From assembly GCF_001194135.2 (NCBI RefSeq), contig NC_068993.1:32479085-32511187 (forward strand): DNA of 32,103 nucleotides, read 5' to 3'. Below the pieces are notes generated by a model. That model was not told the DNA's origin. It saw nothing but the letters and a program-made list of their open reading frames with translations, and ran no database searches. The translations under genes and the position numbers were made by a program. This DNA comes from Octopus bimaculoides. Its lineage: Eukaryota. Below are positions 1 to 11,418 of this stretch, piece after piece; positions within the stretch are counted from its first letter, which is position 1; every line of letters starts with the position of its first letter.

Positions 1-139
1 CTTTCTAAAAAGGTTCTTTTCTCAATCTTAACTCTTTGAGAAAAATCTTCTCTCCAAATATTATAACTGTATCAAAGGATTTCTAAAACACTTCAAATAT
101 ATATATATATATATGTATGTATGTATGCATGTATATATA

Positions 140-682
140 CAGGGTTATTCAAAAAGAATGAACCGATTTCATTAGGCAATATTTTAATAAGGAAAAGCAA
201 TAGAAAACTCCAGCTAAGTCACATGTATTTACTCACAATCAACTTTTATTTCCTGTCTTTCAAGTATTTAATGTGGGCACCACCTGCAGCACGGGCAACA
301 TCAATGTGATGAGAGAATTCCTCCCAGATGCCTATCATGATCCACTGAGTTGATCGCTGTTGTTATTCGATGTTTAAGGTCATCGAGGTTAGTGGGTAGC
401 GATGGAGTTTTCTAAGTTTTGAATGGCTGCCACACCTGAAACATCGCATAACAATAGCGATCAACTCAGTGGATCGCGATATGCTGATATGCGTCTAGGA
501 GGAATTCTCTTATCGCATTGGTATTGCCTGTGCTGCAGATTGTGGCCACATTGAACACTTATAAGACAGGAAATAAAAGTTGACTGTGAGTAAATACTTG
601 TGACTTAGCTGGAGTTTTCTATTGCTTTTCCTTATTAAAATATTGCATAATTAAATCGGTTCATTCTTTTTGACTAACCCTG
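140..682. mobile_element. Palindromic Tc1/mariner-derived non-autonomous element (two inverted 3' ends)
   Basis: TA|CAGGGTTATTCAAAAAGAATGAACCGATTT at 138-169 and AAATCGGTTCATTCTTTTTGACTAACCCTG|TA at 653-684. Arms of about 240 bp (140-380 and 434-682) are reverse complements. TA flanks are typical of Tc1/mariner. Confidence 0.9.
436..564 (+). pseudogene. Tc1/mariner transposase C-terminal remnant
   Basis: Translates LKHRITIAINSVDRDMLICV*EEFSYRIGIACAADCGHIEHL*. The left arm on the minus strand gives PSLPTNLDDLKHRITTAINSVDHD..IWEEFSHHIDVARAAGGAHIKYL. Both resemble the recalled 'LPTTLDELK.RI...GGHIEHL' C-terminus of Tc1/mariner-superfamily transposases. Confidence 0.8.
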
Positions 683-847
683 TATATATATNNNNNNNNN
701 NNNNNNNNNNNNNNNNNNNNNNNNNNNNNNNNNNNNNNNNNNNNNNNNNNNNNNNNNNNNNNNNNNNNNNNNNNNNNNNNNNNNNNNNNNNNNNNNNNNN
801 NNNNNNNNNNNNNNNNNNNNNNNNNNNNNNNNNNNNNNNNNNNNNNN

Positions 848-987
848 TTCTGTTGTGTCTGGGGAGAGTCATTTTCTTATTGTGCCTTAAAATTTAACAC
901 ACTCACCAATAAAATTTTAAAGCACAATATGTGTTAAATTTTAAGGCACAATAAGAAAGAAAATGACACTCCCCAGACACAACAGAA
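848..987. repeat. Short inverted repeat / MITE-like hairpin
   Basis: TTCTGTTGTGTCTGGGGAGAGTCATTTTCTTATTGTGCCTTAAAATTTAACACA (848-901) pairs with 930-987 (one mismatch, one 4-bp indel) around a spacer of about 28 bp. The left end abuts a gap. Confidence 0.75.
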
Positions 988-1101
988 TATGCTTCAACAC
1001 ACGAAATCACATAAAAAATCTTGCAAACCAAATCCAAAAACGAAATATATATATATATATATACATACATACATACATACATATATATACATACAAATAA
1101 A

Positions 1102-1268
1102 TATACGACGGGCTTCTTTCAGTTTCCGTCTACAGAATCCACTCACAAGGCTTTGGTCGACCCGTAGCTATAATAGAAGATACCTAACAAAGATGTCACG
1201 CAGTGGGATTGAACCCGGAACTATATGGTTGAGAAGCAAGCGTCTTACCACACAGTCACGCCTACGCC
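1102..1268 (-). mobile_element. tRNA-derived SINE family A, 5' half
   Basis: Minus strand has an A-box-like TGACTGTGTGGT and B-box GGTTCAATCCC (1205-1215) and ends GAAAGAAGCCCGTCGTATAT into a TA/CA microsatellite. Homologous to 7629-7765. Confidence 0.85.
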
Positions 1269-1754
1269 TTGCCACTTTCACTCGAGTGTTCTATAAGTGC
1301 CAACGCTACTGTTATTTTAACCCCACGAAGATATCTCCTCCAGCTGGTTATTCAGTGCGCTTTCGCACTCGATATTTATTGCAAACGAAAGAGTACTTCT
1401 GCCACCCAAGCTCAGAAGCCACCGGATGACATGATTTCGATATTATTGTATCACTCCAGTGGTAGGTATACGTTTGCCCGACATAGCATTAGTCTGACCT
1501 ACAGAAAAACAGTATCATACAGTCACTGATCTACTAACTAGCTAATATCGAACAGTGAAAATGAATGTTCAAAACCGCATTGGCGAGTAAATACTCTTTA
1601 TTTGTGCATTAACAAGGCAACCAATGGTTTCATGTAAAAAGTTCTTTACAATTGGTCAAGCGTGCCATATACGTGCGTGCGTGAGAGTGTGTGTGTTTGT
1701 GTATGTGCGTGTGTGTGTTTGTGTATGTGCGTGTGTGTGTGTGTGCGTGCGTGG

Positions 1755-1915
1755 TTCACCGCTTGACAACCGATTTACTAAGCGGTCCGACAAAACAGAA
1801 GAAAAATGAGTGCGAGGCTTTAAAAGAAAATAAGTTCTGGCGTGGATCTGTTCGACTAAAACTCTTCAAGGTGGTGCCCCAAAATGGCTGCATTAGCTGA
1901 AACGAGTAGTGAAAA
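1755..1915 (+). mobile_element. SINE family A, 3' half (degenerate)
   Basis: CCGCTTGACAACCGAT...AATAAGTTCTGG...GATCTGTTCGACTAAA matches 7860-8045. Preceded by a (TG)n tract. Confidence 0.75.
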
Positions 1916-1929
1916 ATAAAATATACATA

Positions 1930-2257
1930 CACACACGAACATATAAGTATGTATACATATATGTATGTATGCATGTATGTATGTAGGTGTGAGTATATAT
2001 ATATATATATATATATTTAGTTATTTATTTATATATCTATATATATATACATGTGTAAAAATCGCGTATCAGTTATCCAAACGTGGTGCCTCGAATGACA
2101 TGCTGGTGTGTATATGTGTGTGAATGTGTGTGTACGCGTGCGTGTGTATGAGTGTGTGTGTGTGTGTGTATGTGTGCGTATGCGTGTGTATGTGTGTATG
2201 TATATATATTATGTATGTATATATATATATGTATATATATATATGTATATATATATG

Positions 2258-2292
<35 letters not shown>

Positions 2293-2443
2293 GTTGTATA
2301 TATATCGAGGAAGAAAGAAAGAAAGAAAAAAAGAAGGGGGCCTTGAGCGCGTGTATGCATTAGTTGAGATTAGTTGAGTGAGTGAGTGCAGATCTGAGAT
2401 TTATCAACCATCACCAACTGAGAGAAGGCCATGTGCACTCGAT

Positions 2444-2475
<32 letters not shown>

Positions 2476-2479
2476 CCGC

Positions 2480-2510
<31 letters not shown>

Positions 2511-3020
2511 TGCGCGCGTGCGTTTGTATCTGTGTGTGCGTGCGCGTGTGGATACTTGTTTGTTCCTATATAGGTGTATACATATGTGTATATGTATCTA
2601 ATCAAATTCTCTATACATTTAAGTATATATCGCTGTTTGTGTGTGTATACGTGTGTGTGTCAGTTCACATTTCTGTGAAAGCACCCATGTATCAGCTATC
2701 AGAATTATCAATTTATCACACAACAGCAGCAGCAACAACAACAACGACAATATACAGACAAAAATATACAAAACAAAAAATTATTTTAGATCTGGTTAGG
2801 CTGTAGTAATAGCTGTATGTTCAGGTGTGTGTATGTGTGTCCGTGTGTGTGCGTGCGTATGTGTGCTTGCTTGTGTGCTTGTGTGTATGTTTGTATGTAT
2901 GTGTGTATGTGTGTGTATGCGTGTTTCTTTGTGCATGTTTATTTATTTGATTGTGGAAGTTTGAGCGCACACACGTGCGTATATGTGTGCGTATATTATA
3001 TATGTATTACATATATTATA

Positions 3021-3085
<65 letters not shown>
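1930..3085. repeat. Compound (TA)n/(TG)n/(TATG)n microsatellite field
   Basis: Directly visible dinucleotide tracts interspersed with short unique spacers. Confidence 0.9.
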
Positions 3086-3086
<1 letters not shown>

Positions 3087-4254
3087 TATGTAGCAGAAGC
3101 CAGAGATTTACTCAAAGGCTGAGAGTTGGCACTTATCAAACTTAAGTTTGGTAAGTGCTAACGCACGAAAGTTTAGGTCCTTGAGTTACTCTATCGCTTC
3201 TACAAAGCATTAATAAATTATACATATATATTACTCATACTTTGAGTTCTATTTTACCTGTTTGCATCACCAAACCTATATATATATATAGAAAAAGTTT
3301 TAGTATCATAATTATGGACTATACATAATCTACAGTTGCACCTTAAAAAGAATATGTGTCTATAAAGAAACAATCGTAGTACTGTCAACTGGATTCTGTC
3401 CACCTAACAGTTTGTCATGTTTATTTACCAGCGAAATGTCAAAGAATGGACAAAATAGTAACAAAATGTATTTGAAGAGCCTCTAGGTGGAATGTTGAGA
3501 TTTCTTTTATCATTGTGTAGGTCGTTGGCCAAACGGTGCATGCTCAAATATTTTTGTGAAGTGAAACTTCATAAATATTAAAGGCAACCCATATTGAATT
3601 AGACGAGATGTGACCGACCGATTTTGGCATTTTTGGTCGATATCACTATCAACTCATTACCTCTCTTTTCTGGGGGTTTTTTTTTTTTTTTTAGTATCAA
3701 GAGGTTTGACTCAACTAACACAACAGGGAACCATTTTCCAACGTTAAAAGAAGACAAATAAGGATCAGTGGCAGACTATATTACAGAATGTTTCAAACTT
3801 TTGGATCAATTTCAAAAGACGTGTCTAGAGTTCAATCTCCCAAATACTCTAAACTCCTTTTATTATGAAAAAAAGATTAGACCCTTGATTTCCTACAACT
3901 TCATTACAAATAGATAATTCATTGATATTTACATTTAATGTTTATAAATCTTCTGTAGTTATTGAAGAACTCCACTTTTGAAGAATCACGCAGTGAAAAT
4001 TCTATCATTTTAACCTAGTGAACAGTGTTCCGTAGTGGGGTTTTTTTGTGTTTTTATTCCACCATTCAATTTACCTAAGAACATAATGGATCCAACACTT
4101 ACAGATAGTAAATATTGTAAACCAACAAAGAATTTCTGTATCGTCACTTTCAGTTTTCCAAAGTAGAACCAGCCTCCAAAAGTACAAGGTAACATGTTTC
4201 TTTAAAAGTTAAAACTCTGTATTCTATAACACCTTTGGCTCTGAAACCGTCATA

Positions 4255-4460
4255 ACTATCTGGTTAATTAACGTTTAAGTCATTATATCTATTTGATTAA
4301 TTAATAAATGTTTATTTATAAATAGCTGATTCATTGACGAATGTTTAAATCATTATAATCGTCTGGTTAAACCTGGTTAATAATGTTTAAATTTTAAATA
4401 TCCGATTAATAACTGAATGTTTACATCACAATAACTATCTAGTTAATTATAATATTTAAT
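4255..4460. repeat. Degenerate AT-rich minisatellite, unit about 35 bp
   Basis: Recurrent AATGTTTA(A/C)ATCAT and TCTGGTTAAT motifs, roughly 5-6 decayed units. Confidence 0.55.
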
Positions 4461-5694
4461 TAAGGTTGTTTAGTTTAATCTTGTACACACCAATGAATTT
4501 GTTTGTTAGATGTTTTATTTTGGTTTCCAATTGGTTTTGATTTTCTCAGTTTTCTTTTCAGTCTCAACTTACTACTTGTCAGGGGATTTTGAAAAAAAAG
4601 GGATGAATCTATTTCGTGTTTTCTTTAATGCTTTTTCCTTTATTATTTTTATGACAACAAAAACCCGCGAGGCTGTTTAAAATTTATTGTTATTTTTGTG
4701 TGTCCCACGTGAATATATCAAGTCTTCAAAAGAAAAAAGTAGAGTCTCAGGAGACGAGTTTGTGGGACCAAATAAGAAATAGTTTATAAAATATCTAAAA
4801 TAAGATCAGTTATTGTTGAGCGAAGAGAGGTGAGTTCAAATAGTACTTGTATCACAATGTAATAATGTCTAAGAAAAACATTTTTGTCCCAATGAAATCT
4901 TCGCTTAATTATGCTGTTTTAATATGATGTTTTACTGTCTTTCAATATCATTCTTTGATAATTGCTTTTAAATCTAAATATATATCAAAACAATTTTATT
5001 ATTACAGCTTTCAAGTAAGATGTTGATCGTCGGCCATTGTAGTATTTCTCGTCTTAGCATTTCAGATCCAAGTTTTTTTGGCCTCCATGACTGTCTTTTC
5101 ATTGAAATGATTAGTGGAATGGTGAGCATTAATTGTATGCAAATTCATATGGTTCGCTGTTGCAGTCTTTTTAGAAACTTAAAAAAACTATAGGAACCAT
5201 CTTTTCAGAAGAAAATATATCTTTATATATATTTATGGAAAATATTAAACGCAAATTATAGCTAATAATCATTCAGTTGGAGTTATCTTTTTGAAGTGAA
5301 CTTTGAAATCATATTTTAAAATGTGAATTATAAAATGGCTATTGAATATTTTTAAATACTGTTATTAAACAGTTTGTGGTTTGAACCAAAAGAGACAAGA
5401 GCATTTTGACAACATTATTGTCTTTAAAATAGAGAAATGACACATTGAATTAGGCAGCCTTCAATAGCAGCAATAAGTCGCTAAATTACCCCTAATACCA
5501 ACGTTACTCCACAAGAATACCGTTGATAGAAACGAGCCTGCCAGCTCACCACAGTTGCCTGATGAAAATTGAGCTATGCAATGTTCTTTTCCAAATCACA
5601 TTCAATCCTTCATGTGGCGATAACATTTCATGAAGCAACTCAGTCAACTATCAGCAGTTTCATAAGATCATGTCATTAAAAAGTTTCCCCTCCA

Positions 5695-5760
5695 AAACAC
5701 ACGGTTCCGAGATCGACTATAATGCGCAGCACTTTAGACAAGTATTTTCTTTCATAGTCT
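5695..5760 (+). mobile_element. SINE family A head, highly degenerate
   Basis: CACACGGTTCCGAGATCGACTATAATGCGCAGCACTTTAGACAAGTATTTTCT aligns by eye to CACATGGTTCCGTGTTCAATCCTACTGTGTGGCACCTTGGACCAGAGTCTTCT (7641-7693). Confidence 0.55.
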
Positions 5761-5837
5761 TTTGTAAATGGAAATATGTAAGATGAAGACGATANNNNNN
5801 NNNNTATCATATATATATATCATGTACTAGCAGAGAT

Positions 5838-6040
5838 TTTTTATTGTTTATTTGATTATTCATGTGACTCCGGCCATACTGGAGCACTGCCTTTAGTCGA
5901 AAAAATCGACCACAGGATTTATTCTTTGTAAGCCTAGTACTTAGTTTATCAGCGTCTTTTGCCGAACTGCTAAGTTATGGGACCGTAAACACAACAACAT
6001 CGGTTATCAAACAATGATGGGGTACAAACGCAGACACACA
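5838..6040 (-). mobile_element. SINE family A, 3' half
   Basis: GGCCATACTGGAGCAC...TTTAGTCGAAAAAATCGACC...TTATTCTTTGTAAGCCTAGTACTTA is the reverse complement of 7860-8045. Followed by a long TA/CA tract. Confidence 0.85.
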
Positions 6041-6359
6041 GAAATATAGACATAGATACGACAGTCTTCTTTCTACACATATATATGTATATATACATAT
6101 ATATATATATACATTTATTTACACATATATACATATATATATACATATATATACATAAATACACATATATACATACACATGCATAAATATAGATATACAT
6201 AAATATATGTATATACATATATATATATATACACTCACACGCGCACACACACACACATACACACACACACACACTGTCCAAATATGCATCTATATATACA
6301 TGTAGATGTGGGTATGTACATACATGTACGTATATATGCATATACTCATTTATTATTTG

Positions 6360-6399
<40 letters not shown>

Positions 6400-6481
6400 G
6401 TGATGTAATACTTTTATATTTAGATATACTTATTAATTGTATTTATTAATGCGAAAATCGTGCTAAGGGGAGAGCCTTTAA

Positions 6482-6660
6482 GTAGTCGCTCAATATACAA
6501 GATATGGCAGTCAAATCTACCTCAGATCACCCACAGTTATATAAATCTACCTAAAATTATATAAAAGAAAAAGAACACGTTGGATGATTTGGTCCTAACT
6601 ACACTGTATCTGAAAAACAATAAAGAGACGAAAACGTCACGGCTCTAATGTTTCTTGGTT
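6482..6660 (+). mobile_element. Interspersed repeat family C (SINE-like)
   Basis: GGCAGTCAAATCTACCTCAGATCAC...GAACACGTTGGATGAT...TCACGGCT matches the reverse complement of 18262-18403. Confidence 0.6.
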
Positions 6661-6992
6661 AAATCTCTGCAATTAAAGGATACGTACAATAATTTCAAAA
6701 TATCTTGATCCATTGAAGCCTGCAGGAAAAAATAAAATAATAGAATAGCCTGCATTTCCTGTAAAAAGAAAACGTTCCAAATAGTGTCTTAAAACACTAT
6801 AATAGAAAACAGAAAGACTAAGTCAATGAGTATGTTATGCTATGCGAACTTGATTTTTTATCTATATTTATAATTACAAGACTAGCTTCATCAGTTCGCC
6901 TAAATTGACTGACTAAATTTAGCATTCATTGAATTAGACGAGCCCCACAAGAAGACCGGTGTCACCCGACCATATCAGCGCTTTCACCAACA

Positions 6993-7037
<45 letters not shown>

Positions 7038-7628
7038 CGTGGATGTGCATGGATGGATTAGATAAGCGATAAAATAAAAATCGATAAAAATAACTAAACA
7101 AATTAAATTAAGTATCAGGCTTTCTTATTAATCGATTGAAAGCCTTGAAAGTAGCCCAACAGCATGGCTGCAGTCCAACAGTTGCAACCAAGATAAGAAT
7201 ACTTGCATATTCAGAAATTCTTGCATCATATATATATATATATATATATATATNNNNNNNNNNNNNNNNNNNNNNNNNNNNNNNNNNNNNNNNNNNNNNN
7301 NNNNNNNNNNNNNNNNNNNNNNNNNNNNNNNNNNNNNNNNNNNNNNNNNNNNNNNNNNNNNNNNNNNNNNNNNNNNNNNNNNNNNNNNNNNNNNNNNNNN
7401 NNNNNNNNNNNNNNNNNNNNNNNNNNNNNNNNNNNNNNNNNNNNNNNNNNNNNNNNNNNNNNNNNNNNNNNNNNNNNNNNNNNNNNNNNNNNNNNNNNNN
7501 NNNNNNNNNNNNNNNNNNNNNNNNNNNNNNNNNNNNNNNNNNNNNNNNNNNNNNNNNNNNNNNNNNNNNNNNNNNNNNNNNNNNNNNNNNNNNNNNNNNN
7601 NNNNNNNTGTACATTATATTTTATGTAT

Positions 7629-8045
7629 CTTGCTTCTCAGCCACATGGTTCCGTGTTCAATCCTACTGTGTGGCACCTTGGACCAGAGTCTTCTATTATA
7701 GTCTCGAGCCGACCAAAATCTTGTGAGTGGATTTGGTAGACGGAAACCGAAAGAAGCCCGTCGTATATATATATATATATGTATGTGTGTGTCTGTGTGT
7801 GTGTATGTATGTCTGTGTGTGTATGTATGTATGTATGTGTGTGTCTATGTTTGTACCCTCACCAACGCTTGACAACCGATGCTGGTGTGTTTATGTCCCC
7901 GTAACTTAGCGGTTCGGCAAAGTGACGGATAGAATAAGTACTAGGCTTACAAAGAATAAGTTCTGGGGTTGATTTGTTCAACTAAAAGCCTCTAAGACGA
8001 TGCTCCAGTATGGCTGTAGTCAAATGACTGAAACAAGTAAAAGAA
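7629..8045 (+). mobile_element. SINE family A, near full length (head, internal microsatellite, 3' half)
   Basis: B-box-like GTGTTCAATCC (7653-7663), body to 7763, (TA)/(TG) tract 7764-7850, then 3' half ending CAGTATGGCTGTAGTCAAATGACTGAAACAAGTAAAAGA. Confidence 0.85.
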
Positions 8046-8160
8046 AAAAGAATATACAAATATATATATATACATGTATACGGTTACATACACNNNNNNN
8101 NNNNNNNNNNNNNNNNNNNNNNNNNNNNNNNNNNNNNNNNNNNNNNTATATATATATATA

Positions 8161-8209
8161 TATTTATTTATGTGTTTCAGCCAAGTGGCTGCGGTCATGC
8201 TGGTGCACC
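8161..8209 (-). mobile_element. SINE family A-like 3' tail fragment (TAAA-tail variant)
   Basis: TTTATTTATGTGTTTCAGCCAAGTGGCTGCGGTC is the reverse complement of 26366-26405 apart from one mismatch. Confidence 0.6.
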
Positions 8210-8249
8210 ATATACATTCCTACAAGTATGTATGTTATATGTGCGTAAA

Positions 8250-8280
<31 letters not shown>

Positions 8281-9192
8281 TTTTTTTTTTCATACATACA
8301 TATATATATCAATACATACACATACATACATAGTGTATATATTTATATATGTATGTATGTATATATACACAAGTATATATATATATATACATCATATATA
8401 TATATATATATATACCTTTTATATATATATATACATACATACATATATATATATATACATCAAGACGTACACATACATATACATAGTGTATATATATATA
8501 TATTTATATTTGAAAACAAGCAACAAAAATGCATTAGGATATAGCAGTACGTACGTTTCGTACAAACTTCATTTATTTATGTAGTGAGAACACCACATAA
8601 GATGTGCAATGAAAATGTACTCCTCAGCTGCATAATGGAAGTTCATTTTAGAAAGTCATTTGTAGATGTGTGCAAATACAAGAGTAGGAGATACCATCTT
8701 GACTGGGCTGTTAATCAACAGTCTAGTCAGTCTAGGTAATGTGTTAATCATCTGTTGTCGTCTGGTATGTATTGTGTGGGTGCTGAGGCCTTAGTCTCGT
8801 GTCGGCAACTAGAAGTTAGGTTAAGACATGATATGAAGCTTTTCTGAGAGGCAGATGCTGCAGGATTTGAGCGAGCCTTTATCTAACATTTCCTAGCAGA
8901 TGCTACTAATCTCTTCTTTGTCTCTTGCATTCCAAACATGTTCTGAAATTTACGATGTGTTCACCAAGTGGTGATAGTAACATAACCTTTAAATAAAATA
9001 AGCGTTCTGATTTCTGTTTGCAGATGCAAATTTCTGTTTGATGTTGATAGTGATAACGACCATAAGAATACCAGTTCCACTTCCAACATTATCACTTCCG
9101 CCACCACTAATGATACAAGCTTAACTACTACTATTATGAACACTAGCCTTATAACTCCTAATATAATAATGATTGTAGTGTTTTTATATATT

Positions 9193-9229
<37 letters not shown>

Positions 9230-9385
9230 CTATCCAAAATCACGCAGACGGGAGTAGGAGAAAGAGTAGTTATAAGTGAAGGGAGAGAAAAGGAAATAGT
9301 AATTCAGTGAAGGGGAAGTAGTGAGAGTAATAGCCATGACTGAGAAGGAGTGAGAGAAAGTAATAGCAATGGGAGAAAGGAAGTG

Positions 9386-9995
9386 TATCTTCTACAATAA
9401 TAATACTCTTGTGCTTTTGTCCGTCACAACATACGAATGAGAAAGGAAGGGCTGATAGATGAATAACGAAGGAAGGGGTGGAAAATAATCAGCTTTTCAA
9501 TTCTGTGAGTATATGTGTGTGTATGTAAAAGGGAGGTATGTGACTGTTTGTGCGTGTGAGTGTGTGTGTACCTGTGCGTGTGTATGCGTGTGTGTGCAAG
9601 GGAAGTATGTGAATGTATGTGAACATTGATAAATGTATTAATTTGATTTACCATTCATATCTTCTACTATAATAATACTCTTCTGTATTTCTCTGTCACA
9701 ACATATGAATGAGAAAAGAAGAAGGAAGGAAGGGGTGACGGCAAACTTGGTAGTGGGATGATGGAAGTTCTACGGTAAAAAAAATCAAACAGCGTTTCAA
9801 CTCTACGTGAGTATAAGTGTAAAAGGGAGTCATGTAAATGCGCGTGCGTGTGTACGTGTGTGTGTGTGTGTGTGCAATGGAAGTAGGATGGTAAACGATC
9901 AATGCTGAAAAGAAAAATCAAACAGCGTTTCAACTCTGTGTGAGTATATGTGTGTGTGTATGCGCGTGTACAAAGGTAGTATGTGAATGTTTGTC
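9386..9995. repeat. Imperfect tandem duplication (period about 272 bp) with a nested 133-bp duplication
   Basis: TATCTTCTAC(A/T)ATAATAATACTCTT...GTCACAACATA(C/T)GAATGAGAAA at 9386 and 9658. An identical 24-mer AAAATCAAACAGCGTTTCAACTCT occurs at 9781 and 9914. Confidence 0.8.
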
Positions 9996-10107
9996 TCTGT
10001 GATTATTATGTACCTTATTTTGTACCTTGTTTATATGTAAAATACTACAATTAGCCGTCATTTTTGACGACACGTGGCCAGCTAGTAACAACAACAACAA
10101 CAACAAC

Positions 10108-10142
<35 letters not shown>

Positions 10143-10166
10143 CAACAACAACAACATCAACACATA

Positions 10167-10779
10167 ATGAAAAGAAATACAAATAACTGCAGAATATGTG
10201 GTGATGCGGAAGAAACAATAAATCATATTGTTTCTGGCTACCCAGTCCTGGCTAAGAAGGAATATATTCACAGACACGACAGAGTTGGGACCTATATACA
10301 CTGGAAGCTATATCCACACTATGGAATAACAACAAAAAAAGATGGTATAGGCACACCCCAGAAAAGGTCACAGAAAATGAGAAAGCAACCATACTCTAAG
10401 GTATGCCAATACTCACAGATAGATAAATCAAGGCTACTATGTCGGATATAGTTGTCAGAGATCACCAAGAAAAAGATGTTTTATAATCAATGTATCAATA
10501 GCAGTAGATGACAACGTTTCTCTGAAAGAAACGGAGAAACTTACAAAATACAAAGATCTGGAAATAGAAGTAACTCGAATGTGGAGCGTAAATACGGAAG
10601 TAATTCCTATTATAGTAGGCACATTAGGTATGATAAAGAAGACATTTAGACAAATACATAGCAAAACACCAGGACTTACAAGTATATATAACATACAGAA
10701 AATAGCGTCACTAGTTACCGCACACATCTTACGTAAAACACTGTCAATACAGTGAAAATAAGAGTACCGAAAGCACGGA

Positions 10780-10782
<3 letters not shown>
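10167..10782 (+). mobile_element. R4/Dong-clade non-LTR retrotransposon, 5'-truncated 3' end (zinc knuckle + RLE), decayed
   Basis: CRICGDAEETINHIVSG(Y)PVLAKKEYIHRHDRV, then after frameshifts/stops WYRHTPEKVTENEKATIL...DIVVRDH...SLKETEKLTKYKDLEIEVTRMW...QKIASLVTAHILRKTLSIQ* (stop 10753-10755). This is the CCHC + PD..D..K layout of RLE LINEs. Flanked by (AAC/AAT)n and (AAT)n. Confidence 0.9.
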
Positions 10783-10828
<46 letters not shown>

Positions 10829-10883
10829 CAACAATTTTAAAAAATAATGATTATTATAATAATAATAATAACAATAATAATAA

Positions 10884-11418
10884 GGATTCCTTTATTAACC
10901 ACAAGAGTATACCTTAAGAAAAACATAGACAGTGCAGGACAAAACGAAGAACGTGTGTGTATATGTGTGTGAGTGTGTGTTGTGAAGGGTTTGCATGTAA
11001 ACAAGACTAACAAAACTTTTTTAAAATCAACAATGTGTGATCCTCAATAGGAAGGAGACTTCGAGGGCTGCTCATGGAAAACCCCCATAAAAAACCATGG
11101 GTACCGTGACTTTTGGGGCAGATGCCCTTTTCCCTTTTTCCAACTACAGGCTTATGCTCAGGACAGGCCCGCTCACTCGCACCATTCTCGCTACATTCAT
11201 CCACTTTTCAGCAAACTGACTAGAAGACATTCTTCCCTCTCTACCCTTATTTTCGTTTTCAAGTGAAACTTGAAGAAGTTCATTAGGGATTGACCAAAGA
11301 GAAAAGTGTTTGTCTTCAGGCCCTTCAATCTCGTCCACCATACAACCTCTTTCGCCATGATCACCAGGCATATAAAAACAGCCTTTCCTTCCTGGTTAAA
11401 GGAAGGCGGCGGAGCGAA
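10884..11418 (-). mobile_element. L1/Tx1-type LINE 3' fragment
   Basis: Minus strand APPPSFNQEGKAVFICLVIMAKEVVWWTRLKGLKTNTF is homologous to the ORF2 C-terminus at 20926-21348. AATAAA lies just before the (ATT)n tail. Confidence 0.88.

Noticed and set aside
1190-1268. tRNA-like sequence with A/B boxes
   Set aside because: It continues into a SINE body found several times in the window; I could not fold a complete cloverleaf and there is no tRNA-type 3' end.
1624-3145. Many ORFs of CV/YI/HT repeats (also 5970-6341, 8074-8584, 14812-15240, 31064-31996)
   Set aside because: Translations of dinucleotide microsatellites; no coding signal.
3593-6942. Exact 15-mer ATTGAATTAGACGAG at 3593 and 6928, partial at 5444
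   Set aside because: In AT-rich sequence of this length about one such match is expected by chance, and the flanks do not align.
7108-7739. Long ORFs spanning N runs (also 651-897, 11955-12272, 15068-15926, 25434-25982, 26326-27368)
   Set aside because: Open only because N codons cannot be stops.
9024-9200. Acceptor-like TTTGCAG followed by an open Ser/Thr/Asn-rich frame (CKFLFDVDSDNDHKNTSSTS...)
   Set aside because: Composition fits decayed ACT/ACC/AAT triplets, there is no donor, and it runs into (TA)n.
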